Assembly: GCA_963808765.1 (NCBI GenBank)
Contig: CAWEHH010000030.1
Span: forward strand, 97,483-161,482
Direction: 5' to 3'
DNA: 64,000 nucleotides
Source: an uncultured beta proteobacterium
Lineage (GTDB): Bacteria > Pseudomonadota > Gammaproteobacteria > Burkholderiales > SG8-41
This document shows positions 27,637 through 38,466 of the stretch, in pieces. The position numbers and the translations under genes were made by a program. Under the pieces are notes generated by a model. It did not search any database, was not told the origin of the DNA, and worked only from the letters and a program-made list of their open reading frames with translations. Position 1 is the first letter of the stretch. Each line of letters opens with the position of its first letter.

Positions 27637-28791
27637 ATGAGCTTCACGCTTGAGGAGGAGCACCGGCAGATCCAGTCACTCGTGCGCCGCGTCGCCCGTG
27701 AGAAAGTCGCGCCGCGCGCCAACGAGATCGACCGCAGTGGGGAGTATCCGCAGGACATGTTCGAGCTCCTGCGGGAGTTGGGACTTTTCTCGCTGCCCTT
27801 TCCGAAGACGTATGGCGGCACCGGCAGCACGCTGGCGGCGAGCCTCGTGGTCGAAGAGCTCGCCCGCGTCTGCTACAACACCGCCTATCTCCTCGTCGTG
27901 CAGTGGACACCTATCGGCGCGGTGCTCGCCTGCGGCACCGAAGCGCAGAAGACGCGCTATCTTCCCGGGCTTGCCAAAGGACAGACACGCGGCGCCATCG
28001 CCATCACCGAGCCGCAGAGCGGATCCGACGTGGCCGGCATCGCCACGCGCGCACGGCGCGTGCCGGGCGGCTATCGCCTGAGCGGCTCCAAGATCTGGTG
28101 CACGGGCGCGCCGGTCGCCGAGCTCATCTTCATCGGCGCGAAGACAGGCGAAGACGAAGGCCGTGGCAGCATCAACCTCTTCATCGTCGAGGCGAACGCG
28201 AAGGGGCTCACGATCGGCCGCCCGGAAGAGAAGATGGGCGCGCGCGGCATCCCGTCGTGTCCGCTCTTTCTGGACGACGTGTTCGTGCCCGACGAGAATC
28301 GGCTTGGCGAAGAAGGCAAGGGCTTCAAGGCGGTCATGGAAACGTTCAATACGGCGCGCCCGATCCACGGCGCGCGGGGCGTCGGGCTCGCCCAGGGGGC
28401 GATCGATCATGCCTCCGCGTTCGTCAGGGAACGGCACGCCTTCGGCCAGGCCGTTGCCGATTTCCAGGGTGTGCGCTGGATGCTCGCCGACATGGCCATG
28501 CAAACCGAGGCGGCGCGCAGCCTCGTGTATCGTGCGGCGGCGATGGTCGATGCGGGCACGTCCGGCAGCGAGCTCGCGCCCTACGCCGCGATGGCCAAAT
28601 GCTTCGCGAGCGACGTCGCGATGAAGGTGACGACCGATGCCGTGCAACTCTTCGGCGCTGCCGGCATCTCCGCCGAATTTCCGATCAACCGTTACATGCG
28701 GGACGCAAAAGTGCTCCAGATCGTCGAAGGCACCAATCAAATCCAGCGCAACATCATCGCGAACGCGCTGCTCGGGCGGGCGCGCCGATGA
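27637..28791 (+). CDS. acyl-CoA dehydrogenase family protein
   Basis: 384 aa with AITEPQSGSD, KIWCTGA and QIVEGTNQIQRNII. Confidence 0.9.
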   Translation: MSFTLEEEHRQIQSLVRRVAREKVAPRANEIDRSGEYPQDMFELLRELGLFSLPFPKTYGGTGSTLAASLVVEELARVCYNTAYLLVVQWTPIGAVLACGTEAQKTRYLPGLAKGQTRGAIAITEPQSGSDVAGIATRARRVPGGYRLSGSKIWCTGAPVAELIFIGAKTGEDEGRGSINLFIVEANAKGLTIGRPEEKMGARGIPSCPLFLDDVFVPDENRLGEEGKGFKAVMETFNTARPIHGARGVGLAQGAIDHASAFVRERHAFGQAVADFQGVRWMLADMAMQTEAARSLVYRAAAMVDAGTSGSELAPYAAMAKCFASDVAMKVTTDAVQLFGAAGISAEFPINRYMRDAKVLQIVEGTNQIQRNIIANALLGRARR

Positions 28792-29946
28792 GCATGCCCT
28801 CCGAAGCCATCCAGGAACGCGCGCCGTCGCAGCTCTTCTCTCCGCTCGAAATCCGCGGCGTCACGCTGAAGAACCGCATCGTCGTCTCGCCGATGGCGCA
28901 GTACGCCGCCGTCGGACGGCTTCGCGAACGAGTGGCATTTCGCGCATTACGCGAAGTTCGCGATGGGCGGCGCGGGGCTCGTCTTCACGGAAGCGACGAA
29001 AGTCGAACGCCGCGGACTGGGCACGGTCGGCGACATGGGGCTTTGGAATGACGAGCACGTCGAGCCGCTGCGCCGGATCACGGCGTTCGTGAAGAAGCAT
29101 GGTGCCGTTCCCGGGATGCAGTTGAACCACGCCGGACGCAAAGCCGGCAACGCGCGACCGTGGGAAGGCTTCGGTCCGCTCGACCGCAGCAAGCCCGTGG
29201 AAGGTGAAGCGCACTGGCCGGTGATCGCTCCGAGCGCGGTGTCCTATATGGACGGCTGGCCGACGCCGCAGGAGATGTCGAAGCAGGACATCGCCGAGGT
29301 CATCGGCGCCTGGGTGAAAGCCGCGAAGCGTGCACTCGACGCCGGGTTCGAGGTGCTGGAGCTCCACGGCGCACACGGCTATCTCCTCCATGAATTTCTA
29401 TCGGACGTTTCGAACCGCCGCACCGACGAGTATGGCGGGAGCCTGCGCAACCGTTTGCGTTTCGTGCTCGAGCTGACGGAAGCCGTTCGCACGGTCTGGC
29501 CGGATGAGAAGCCGCTCTTCTTCCGCGTTTCGGCCGTCGACGAAGGCGGCTGGACGCTCGAGCACAGCGCCGTGCTCGCACGCGAGTTGAAGGCACGCGG
29601 CGTGGACGTGATCGACTGCTCGTCGAGCGGCATCTCGATCCGCTCGCCCACGGCGGGCCGCGGCAAGCTGAAGCTCGGCTTTCAGGTGCCTTACGCGGAA
29701 TACGTGCGGCGCGAGGCGGACATCATGACCATGGCGGTCGGCCTCATCGTTCACGCGAAGCAGGCGGAGAGGATCATCGCCGAGGGCCGGGCAGACCTCG
29801 TCGCCATCGGCCGCGAGATCCTCGACAACCCGTTCTGGCCCGCGCATGCAGCACGCACGCTCGGCGCCGACCTCGAATACAAGTCGCTGCCCGTGACATA
29901 CGGCTGGTGGCTCGACCGGCGGCAGAAGCTCGGCTACGAGGAGTGA
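28788..29946 (+). pseudogene. NADH:flavin oxidoreductase / Old Yellow Enzyme family (NamA-like), one frame break
   Basis: LFSPLEIRGVTLKNRIVVSPMAQYAAV, then DGFANEWHFAHYAKFAMGGAGLVFTEAT...HGAHGYLLHEFLS in another frame. Break at GG 28914-28915. ATGA overlap with the ACAD stop. Confidence 0.85.
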
Positions 29947-29956
29947 AGGAGAAGGG

Positions 29957-30424
29957 ATGGAAACCGTCGGGCTCGGACTGCACTTCGAAGATCTGCCGGT
30001 GGGACGCCGGTTCAAGACCATCGGCCGCACCATCACCGAAGTCGACATCGTCAACTACGTGAACTGCACCGGCTTGACCGAGGTGCTCTTCACGAACATC
30101 GAGTTTCTGAAGAACGACTCGGACATCAAAGGACGCCTCGCGCCGGCCATGCTCACGCACGCGTTTGCGGAAGGCCTTCTCGCGCAGGCGACGATGCAGC
30201 ACACGGCATTCGCATTCCTCGGCATGGAACTGAACATCCACGGTCCCGTCTTTGCCGGCGACACGATTCATGTCGAAGTGGAAGTGATCGAAGCACGGCT
30301 GAGCCGCAGCCGCCCGGGCCGCGGGCTCGTGCGCACGCGCAACGACATCGTGAAGCAGGACGGCACGAAGGCGATCACGTATACGCCGCTCCGGATGGTG
30401 AAGTGCCGGGCCCCGCATGAGTGA
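29957..30424 (+). CDS. MaoC-like (R)-specific enoyl-CoA hydratase/dehydratase
   Basis: 155-aa hot-dog-fold pattern (EVDIVNYVNCTG..., GDTIHVEVEVIEAR). Overlaps the next gene by 8 nt. Confidence 0.8.
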   Translation: METVGLGLHFEDLPVGRRFKTIGRTITEVDIVNYVNCTGLTEVLFTNIEFLKNDSDIKGRLAPAMLTHAFAEGLLAQATMQHTAFAFLGMELNIHGPVFAGDTIHVEVEVIEARLSRSRPGRGLVRTRNDIVKQDGTKAITYTPLRMVKCRAPHE

Positions 30425-31602
30425 GCCGAAGCCGCGCGCATCCGGGCCGCTCGCCGGCTTTCGTGTGGTCGACATGACGCAGTTCATCCTGGGGCCGGTC
30501 GCAACGCAGATCCTCGGCGACTACGGCGCCGAAGTGATCAAGATCGAATCGCCCGGCGGCGACCTCAATCGCAAGATCGGGCCGTCGCGCTATCCCGAGA
30601 TGACCGCGATGTTCCTCGGCATGAACCGCAACAAGAAGAGCGTCGTGCTGAATCTCAAGCAGCCGAAGGCGCTCGAAGCGCTCAACCGCATGCTCGACGA
30701 TGCGGACGTGTTCGTGCACAGCACGCGCGCACAATCCGCCGAACGCTTCGGGGTCGGCTATGCAGCCGTCGCCGCGCGCAATCCGCGCATCGTCTATGCG
30801 TTCGCGCCGGGCTATCGCCAGGACGGACGTTATCGCGACCGCCCCGCCTACGACGACGTGATCCAGGGCGAGAGCGGCATTGCCGGCATCATGGCGCTCT
30901 CCACCGGCGAGCCGCGCTACCTGCCGACCGTGATCGCGGACAAGTTCTGCGGCCACATCCTCGCCTCCTCGATCGGCATGGCGCTCGTGCATCGCGAGCG
31001 CACCGGCGAGGGGCAGGAAGTCCAGGTGCCGATGCTCGAGACGATGATGTCGTTCAACCTGATCGAGCATCTCTGGGGCGGCGTGTTCGACGAGCCGATG
31101 GGCGAGCTCGGCTACGACCGCGCGCTCATGTCGTACCGGCGCCCGTATGCGACGAAGGACGGACACATCTGTCTCATGGCGACGAGCGACGCGCAATGGC
31201 GGGGGCTGTTCACGGCATGCGGCCGCCCCGAGCTCGCCGACGATCCGCGTTATGCGACGCTGCCGGAGCGCTCGAAGCGTTTCGCGGAGCTCTATCAGTT
31301 GATCGCGGCAGAGATGGCGAAGCGCACCACCGCCGAATGGCGTGAACGGCTCGATGCGGCGGACGTGCCGAACGGCGTCGCGAAAGCACTCGCGGACCTG
31401 CCGCGCGATCCGTATCTCGTCGAGACCGGCTTCTTCCATCGCTATCGCGCATCCGCAGGCCGGGCCGATGGTGACGACATCGATCCCCGTGCATTTCTCG
31501 AAGACGCCGGGCGCCATCCGGTCGCCGCCGCCCACGCTCGGCGAGCACACGCACGCGGTGCTCTCCGCGATGGGCTACAGCGACGCCGAGATCGCGGGAT
31601 GA
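30417..31602 (+). pseudogene. CaiB/BaiF family III CoA-transferase, one frame break near the 3' end
   Basis: FRVVDMTQFILGP..GDYGAEVIKIESP. The C-terminus HPQAGPMVTTSIPVHFSKTPG..LGEHTHAVL is in another frame. Break at ~31446-31450. Confidence 0.8.
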
Positions 31603-31606
31603 GCCG

Positions 31607-32764
31607 GTGACGCGCAAAGGGCCGCTCGCCGGTCTCAAGATCGTGGAGCTCGCGGGTCTCGGCCCCGCGCCGATGTGCGCGATGCTGTTCGCCGATCTCG
31701 GCGCCACCGTGATCCGCATCGAGCGCAAGGAGCCGGTGGACCTCGGGCTGAAGCGCCCGCGCAAATACGATCTGCTCCTGCGCAGCCGCCCCGCGATCGC
31801 CGTCGATCTCAAGACGCCTGAAGGCTTTCGGGCTCGTGCTGAAGCTGGTCGCGCAGGCCGACGCGCTGATCGAAGGCTTCCGGCCCGGTGTGATGGAGCG
31901 CCTCGGCCTTGGGCCCGACGTATGCCTCGAACGCAACCCGCGTCTGGTCTACGGGCGCGTGACCGGATGGGGCCAGACCGGGCCGCTCGCGCAGGCCGCG
32001 GGGCACGACCTCAACTACGTCGCACTCACCGGCGCGATCAACGCGATGGGTCGCCGCGGCGAGGCGCCGGTCGATACCGCTCAACCTGATCGGCGACTTC
32101 GGCGGCGGCGCGCTGTATCTCGCGTTCGGCGTGCTCGCGGCGATCATCGAGGCTCGCGCAGTCCGGCAAGGGCCAGGTGGTCGATGCGGCGATGATCGAC
32201 GGCGTGGCGTCGCTGCAGACGATGTTCTTCGGCATGCACGCGGCCGGCCTGTGGCGCGACGAGCGCGGTACCAACGCGACCGATTCGGGCTCCCACTTCT
32301 ACCAGGTCTACGAATGCGCGGACGGCCAGTGGGTGAGCGTCGCGGCGCTCGAAGCGACGGTTTCACGCCGAGTTGCTGAAGCGGCTCGGGGTCGATGCCG
32401 ACGACGATCGGCGACTCAGATGGATCCCGCGAACTGGCCGAAAGCGAAAGAGATCCTGGCGGCGCGCTTCCGGACGAAGACGCGGGCCGAGTGGTGCGCG
32501 ATCGCTCGAAGGCACCGATGCGTGCTTCGCGCCGGTGCTCTCGTGGCGCGAAGCGCCGCGCCATCCGCACCTCGACGAGCGCGCAGACTTTCATGCGAGA
32601 TCGACGGCGTCGTTCAGCCCGCGCCCGCGCCGCGCTTCAGCCGCAGCGGACAGAGTGTGCCCACGCTGCCCCGAGGCATCACGCCGGAAGGCACGCGCGA
32701 AGCGCTTTCCGCATGGCTCGCCGCGGACGAGATCGAGGCGCTGTGCGCGGCCGGCACCGTGTGA
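31607..32764 (+). pseudogene. family III CoA-transferase (alpha-methylacyl-CoA racemase-like), ~7 frame breaks
   Basis: LKIVELAGLGPAPMCAMLFADLGATVIRIE; then [58 protein letters not shown] and EIDGVVQPAPAPRFS alternate among all three frames. Confidence 0.75.
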
Positions 32765-32832
32765 TTACGGTCACTTCCAGCGCGCCGCGCCGGGATCTTA
32801 AATGAGCACCAAATCGGCGAATCGGTACGTTC

Positions 32833-33552
32833 ATGGCACGAAAGAAAGAAGCGAGTCGCACGCGCGGGGCTTCAAAGCGAACGAAGCCACTGAAGGCCAC
32901 GAAGCGTGCGCCGGCTGAGCGCGACCGCGCCACCGAACGCGACGAAGCTCTGCGACGGCGCATCGTGCGCGCGGCGGCGGAGATCTATCGAGAGCACGGC
33001 TACGAACGCGCGGGCATGAACGACATCGCGCGGCGCCTCGGCATGACTGCCCCCGCCCTCTACTGGTACTTCCGGTCGAAGGAAGAGATTCTCGTCGCCT
33101 TCCTCGAGCATACGATCGCCGACCTGATCCAGTTCGTCCGCACGTTCATCCATTCCGCGGATCCGAAGCAGCGACTGTGGGAGTTCACGTATGCATATGT
33201 GCTGTGGCAGCTCCAGCAGCAGGAGCTATCCGCCGCCTACGAGCGCATCTATGCGTTGGGGCACCTGCGCAACAGCCTCCCCGAGCGCCAGCGGCAGCGC
33301 ATCACGGCGCTCGAGCGCGAGTTCTACGGGATATGTCGCGATCTCGTCGCGGCGGTTCAGGGCAATGAAAGCCGCCTCCCCGCGGCGCCGAGCGCGTTCG
33401 CGCTGATCGGCATGGTCGAGCACCTGATTGCGTGGTTCCGGCCGGACGGATCGATGGCGGTGAAGGACGTGGCGGCGCTCTACGCGGACTATGCCGTGTC
33501 GATCGCCACGACGTCGCGCGAGGGCGCAAAGGCAACGCAGAAAGCGGCTTAG
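32833..33552 (+). CDS. TetR/AcrR family transcriptional regulator
   Basis: HTH region ERAGMNDIARRLGMTAPALYWYFRSKEEIL, with a basic N-terminal tail. Confidence 0.85.
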   Translation: MARKKEASRTRGASKRTKPLKATKRAPAERDRATERDEALRRRIVRAAAEIYREHGYERAGMNDIARRLGMTAPALYWYFRSKEEILVAFLEHTIADLIQFVRTFIHSADPKQRLWEFTYAYVLWQLQQQELSAAYERIYALGHLRNSLPERQRQRITALEREFYGICRDLVAAVQGNESRLPAAPSAFALIGMVEHLIAWFRPDGSMAVKDVAALYADYAVSIATTSREGAKATQKAA

Positions 33553-33621
33553 GACGGCCTCCCGCCGTTGCTTTCATCGTGCGTGGGCTGGCCCGAGCGT
33601 TCTTTAACGACCGTTAAGCAC

Positions 33622-34590
33622 CTACGTCCCACCGGTTCCCGGCAGGCCGCGCAGGAGCTTGCCCCACTTCAGCATGTCGCTGCGGATGATGTCGGCGAAC
33701 TCGTCGGGCTTGTTGCCGATCGTCTGAAACCCCTGCTCCAGGCCGTAGGCCTTCACGTCGGGCTGATGGAGGACGCCTGCGATATCGGCATGCAGCTTCG
33801 CCATGACCGGCTGCGGGGTGCCGGCGGGCGCGAGCAATCCGTACCACGTCGCCGCTTCGAAACCGGGCAGAGCCGATTCCGAGACCGTCGGCACGTTGGG
33901 CACGGACGGCCAGCGCGTCGGACTGCTGACCGCAATCGCCCGCAGCTTGCCGGACTTCACGTGCGGGAACGTGGTCGAGACCGCGCCGAACATGAGCTGT
34001 ATGTGTCCGCCGACGAGGTCGGTGACCGCGGGATTGCTCCCCTTATAGGGCACATGGACGATGTCGGTACCAGTGAGCGATTTGAAGAGCTCCATCGCGA
34101 GGAAGGGCGACGTGCCGCTGCCGCTCGAGCCGTACGTGAGCTGCCCGGGACGTGCCTTCGCCAGCGCGATGAGGTCCTTCACGCTCTTCACGGGCAACGA
34201 AGGATGGACGAGGAGCAGGTTGGGATTCGACGCGACGAGCGTGACCGGCACGAAGTCCTTCACCGGGTCATAGCCGAGTTTCCGCTGAAACGGCGTGATC
34301 GTGTGCGCGTTGGACACCATCACGAGCGTATAGCCGTCGGGGGTTGCTTTCGCGACGAGCTCCGTCGCGATCGAACCGTCCGCGCCCGGCCGGTTCTCGA
34401 CGACGAGTGCGTGAGGCCACGCGTCCGCGAGCTTCTTGCCGATGACGCGCGCCATGATGTCCGTACCGCCGCCGGGCGCGAAACCGACGATCATCCGCAC
34501 CGGCTTCGCGGGATAGCCCTGTGCGGATGCATGCGACATGAGCGCAATCCCAAGCGCAGCGGTGAACGCGGCGGCAACCCGACACAACAT
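33622..34590 (-). CDS. Bug/TctC family substrate-binding protein
   Basis: AGGAGGA lies before ATG 34590. Signal peptide, YPAKPVRMIVGFAPGGGTD and VVENRPGADG. Confidence 0.9.
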   Translation of the reverse strand: MLCRVAAAFTAALGIALMSHASAQGYPAKPVRMIVGFAPGGGTDIMARVIGKKLADAWPHALVVENRPGADGSIATELVAKATPDGYTLVMVSNAHTITPFQRKLGYDPVKDFVPVTLVASNPNLLLVHPSLPVKSVKDLIALAKARPGQLTYGSSGSGTSPFLAMELFKSLTGTDIVHVPYKGSNPAVTDLVGGHIQLMFGAVSTTFPHVKSGKLRAIAVSSPTRWPSVPNVPTVSESALPGFEAATWYGLLAPAGTPQPVMAKLHADIAGVLHQPDVKAYGLEQGFQTIGNKPDEFADIIRSDMLKWGKLLRGLPGTGGT

Positions 34591-34852
34591 CAGCCCTCCT
34601 CCTGTTCGCAACGGCGATGCTCGAATCGTCAGTCGCCACGCAAGCAGCGCGATGGGCAGGACTCGCGGGAACCGTTTGCATGCTCCATCGCCTTGCGGCG
34701 CCAACGCCTTTCCGCTTCCGCTCCATTCGGTGTTCCGCGGTCGCGCGATGTGGCAGAATTTAACCGCGATTCAATTCATGCCGCAACGGGCGCACCGGGT
34801 GGCCGCCGTACAGCGGCGTCGCGACGGGCGTATCGAGCACGAGGACGAAGAG

Positions 34853-35375
34853 ATGACCATCTACATGGTCCAGCACGTGGTTGACCGTCCCGAATGGGAG
34901 GACGAATGGAACGCGTGGTACCACGCCAACCTTAAGGTTCTCCTCGCCGTGCCGGGATTTCGCACGGCGCAGCGCTTCAATGCCGTCGAAGGCGCGCCTC
35001 CGCGCTACATGGCGGTCTACACGGTCGACTCTCCGGGCGTTTTCGAAAGCCGTGCGTACATGGACGCGGGCGGCGGCGGCATGAACAGCGTGCGCTTTCA
35101 TCCGGCCTATCAGGTGTGGATACGCAACCTGTTCGAGGGCATCGGTATCGCGCCTGAAGTGCGCGAGGGCGAATACCTCGCCTCGATCGACGCCGCCTCT
35201 GCGGACGTGGAAGTGCCGGGCGTGAAACCAGCGTGGCTCGAATCCACCGGCTTTCACAAAAGCACCCCGCATCGTGGCATCGCCGTCGGTACAGGAAGCC
35301 GATGTCGCACGCATCCGCGGCGTACACGACCTCACACTCTATCGACCGCTCGCGGCGCAACAGCGCCCTCTGTAA
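34853..35375 (+). pseudogene. hypothetical protein (possibly an EthD/Dabb-like small alpha+beta protein), one frame break
   Basis: MTIYMVQHVVDRPEWEDEWNAWYHANLKVLLAVPGFRTAQRF... The C-terminus VQEADVARIRGVHDLTLYRPL* is in another frame. Break at GG 35288-35289. The 402-aa ORF-track read-through was rejected. Confidence 0.45.
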
Positions 35376-35505
35376 CTGAGCGCGCGTCCGGCGGTGGTCG
35401 AACACCCGGCCCTGTTACGCATGATCTTCGCGCTGCACGCATAGAATGGCGACGCGTTCTGCCCATCCTGTCGGGAGCCGGACGCTTCGATGAGCGTGAG
35501 TACGC

Positions 35506-36929
35506 ATGTCTGACTCGGTCCACTACGACGTCGTCGTCATCGGCGGCGGCATCTCGGGCCTCGTCGCGGCCAATCGAGCGGCGCAACTCGGACTGCGTCC
35601 GATCGTGCTCGAACAAGGGACCGAGGAGAAGTATCTCTGCAACACACGCTTCACCGGCGGCACGCTGCACATCGGCCTGCGCGAGATCACGCTGGACGAA
35701 GCGACGCTCGAGCAGAAGATCCTCGAAGGCTCCGAAGGCTTCGTGACGCGCGGGCTCGCGCAGGTGATCGCACGCGAGGGCCGGCGTGTCGTGAAGTGGC
35801 TTCAGGACGAAGGCATGCGCTTCATCCGTGCGAGCGCTTCCGAATACCACAAATGGGTGCTGGCGCCGCCCGGCCGAAGCCGGCCCGGCCTCGACTGGGA
35901 GGGCCGCTCCGGCGACGTACTCCTGCGTACGCTGGAAAGCCGCCTTCTCTCCCGTAACGGCACGCTCGTGCGCGGCGCCCGTGCCACATCGCTCGTCATG
36001 GACGACCGCCGATGTGTGGGCGTCGTCGCAAACATTCAGGGCGCCGCGAAGACCTACTCCGCCCGCGCCGTCATGATTGCGGACGGCGGCTTCCAGGGAA
36101 ACCCCGACCTCGTTCGAAAATACATCTCCAAGCATCCCGAACGGCTCAGGCAGCGCGGCGCCGGAACCGGCCGCGGAGACGGACTGACGATGGCGGCCGC
36201 AGTCGGAGCGGACCTCGTCGGTCTCGATCGCTTCTACGGTCACACGCTGTCGAAGGACGCACTCACGAACGACAATTTGTGGCCGTATCCATACCTCGAC
36301 AGCCTCGTCACGGCCGGCATCGTCGTCGGCGCGAATGGACGGCGCTTCACGGACGAAGGACGCGGCGGCGTGTACGTGGCGAACGCGGTGGCGCAACTCG
36401 ACGACCCGTTGAGCGCGTGCGTCATTTTCGACAGCGCGATCTGGGCAGGCGCCGGCCGCAACGGCCTCATCCCCGCCAATCCGCATCTCGAACGCGAAGG
36501 CGCGACGATTCATCGTGCGGAAACGCTCGCTGCGCTGGCGGCGGCCGCGTCGATCCGCACTGATGCTCTCGAACGCACCGTTGCCGAATACAACGCAGCG
36601 ATAGGCGGCGCGCGAACCGCTTCGGACCTCGAGCCGTCGCGACACACCGGACGGCACCACGCGCTCCCGATCGCAGAGCCCCGTTCTATGCGGTGCCCAT
36701 GTGCGCCGGCATCACCTACACGATGGGCGGCATCCGCGTAAACGAGCACGCGTGCGCGCTTCGCGCAGACGGCAGCATCATCGAAGGCTTGTACGCGCTG
36801 GGCTCATCAACCGGGGGACTCGAAGGCGGGCCGGCGGTCGGCTACACCGGCGGGCTTGCGAAGAGCGGTGTGACCGCGTTGGTGGCAGCGGAGCATGCGG
36901 CGGAGTCGTGTCACGGCACGTCGGTTTGA
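35506..36929 (+). pseudogene. FAD-dependent oxidoreductase (fumarate reductase/succinate dehydrogenase flavoprotein-like), one frame break
   Basis: YDVVVIGGGISGLVAA dinucleotide motif. The C-terminus PFYAVPMCAGITYTMGGIRV..GLYALGSSTGGLEGG is in another frame. Break at the CCCC run 36679-36682. Confidence 0.8.
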
Positions 36930-37071
36930 GAGCAGACAGCGGCTCGAGCCGCCTGCTCCATGAGCCAATTCAGATCGCCGGCGGCCTTTGAAATGAGGCG
37001 GGCGATCTGCTCCGCACACCGACCTTCGACAAGCTCGTCGGTGCGCGAGGTGGCTGCGGTAAGCTTCGAAC

Positions 37072-38325
37072 ATGGCAGCCAAAGCCGCCCCACCCTCCGA
37101 AGACGAAGCCAATCCCCTCGCCGCCCTCAGGGTGCGCAGCTTTCGCCTCTACTGGCTTGCGCTCGTCACGCAGGTGGTGGGGCAGCACATGTTCGCCTTT
37201 ACGCTGGGATGGCTCGCCTTCGAGATCACGGGCTCGCAGGCGCAGCTCGGCTTCGTCCACCTGTGCGGGTTCCTTCCGCAGTTCACGCTGACGCTGCTCG
37301 GCGGCGTGCTGGCCGACCGGATCGACGCACGCAAGCTGATCGGTACGGCGCAGGCCAATGCCGCGATCGGAATGATCATCGTAGGCGTGACGGCGATGCT
37401 CGGCATGGCGCAGTTGTGGCATCTTGCGCTGGGTGCGTTCCTGGTGGGCCTGTCGGGCGCGATCGACGAGCCTGCGCGTGCCGCGTTCTTCCCGCGCCTG
37501 CTGCCGCGCATCCTTCTGCGCTCGGGGGTGCCGCTCATCTCGATGGCTTTCGGCGGCAGCCGGGTGATCGCCCCGTCGATCGCGGGCTTCCTCATCGCGG
37601 CGGCGGGTGCGCCACCGGTTTTTCTGCTGAGCGCGGCGGCCGTCACGACAATGGCGGCGATGCTGTTCTTCATCCATCCCGAGCGCGAAGCGGCGCCTTC
37701 GCACGGCAGCCTCTTGAGCAACTTTACGGACAGCGTGCGTTACATACGCGCGAACGAAGCCTTCGCCAAAGCGATCGGCGCCTCGCTGCTGAACGCGACA
37801 CTCGCCATGGGCTTCATCCACGTGCTGCCGGTGTTCGCCAAGGATCTGTTGATGGTCGATTCGCGCGGTCTTGGCATTCTCACCGCCGCTGCCGGTGCCG
37901 GCGCGCTGATCGGGTTCTTCACCTACGCCTGGTTGCAACTGCACGTCTCGGCGAGAAACCTGATCGTCAGCGCTCTGACGATCTACAACCTGGCGCTGAT
38001 CGGCCTCGCCTTCAGCGATTGGTACTGGCTCTCCTTCTCTTTCATTCTGCTCTCCGGCTTGTGCCACGCCTATTTCCTGACCTGCGTGCAGGTGATGCTG
38101 CAAACGCTCGTCGAGGACAGCTACCGCGGGCGCGTGATGAGCACGTTCGCGCTGGTTTGGAGCCTGATGTTCTTCAGCGGATTTCTATTGAACAGCGCCG
38201 GGGCGCTGGTCGGCCCGCGGCTTGCGCTCGCGGGCGGCGCGGCGATCGTGCTTGCCTACGTATGGCTCTCGCTCGTGCGCGCCCGCGCGTTGAGAAACGT
38301 CGTGCTGGCAACGAAGACGAGCTGA
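37072..38325 (+). CDS. MFS transporter (EntS/MFS_3-like)
   Basis: 417 aa, about 12 TM segments, with FRLYWLALVTQVVGQHM and GGVLADRIDARK motifs. Confidence 0.8.
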   Translation: MAAKAAPPSEDEANPLAALRVRSFRLYWLALVTQVVGQHMFAFTLGWLAFEITGSQAQLGFVHLCGFLPQFTLTLLGGVLADRIDARKLIGTAQANAAIGMIIVGVTAMLGMAQLWHLALGAFLVGLSGAIDEPARAAFFPRLLPRILLRSGVPLISMAFGGSRVIAPSIAGFLIAAAGAPPVFLLSAAAVTTMAAMLFFIHPEREAAPSHGSLLSNFTDSVRYIRANEAFAKAIGASLLNATLAMGFIHVLPVFAKDLLMVDSRGLGILTAAAGAGALIGFFTYAWLQLHVSARNLIVSALTIYNLALIGLAFSDWYWLSFSFILLSGLCHAYFLTCVQVMLQTLVEDSYRGRVMSTFALVWSLMFFSGFLLNSAGALVGPRLALAGGAAIVLAYVWLSLVRARALRNVVLATKTS

Positions 38326-38373
38326 AGCGGGGCCGTCAAGGGACTACGAGATCACGTCAGCATTTGTCACGCG

Positions 38374-38466
38374 GTCCCGTTCCTGCCCGAGGTGCCGACG
38401 TTCGCCGAGGCCGGCGCCCCGTAGTGGACGAAGGTGATCGGGACGATGGGCATCAAGCCGCAGTAG
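38374..38466 (+). pseudogene. Bug-family gene remnant with an internal deletion
   Basis: VPFLPEVPTFAEAGAP*WTKVIGTMGIKPQ*. The PxVPT.aEaG motif and the C-terminal W.KVI...GIKP. motif are joined by an in-frame stop, with about 70 codons missing. Confidence 0.4.

Noticed and set aside
34538-35746. The 402-aa ORF as a single protein.
   Set aside because: Only codons from ATG 34853 to ~35288 look protein-like. The rest is an Arg/Ser/Thr-rich read-through that overlaps the FAD oxidoreductase gene in another frame. The plausible C-terminus (VQEADVARIRGVHDLTLYRPL*) is in a different frame and ends at 35375.
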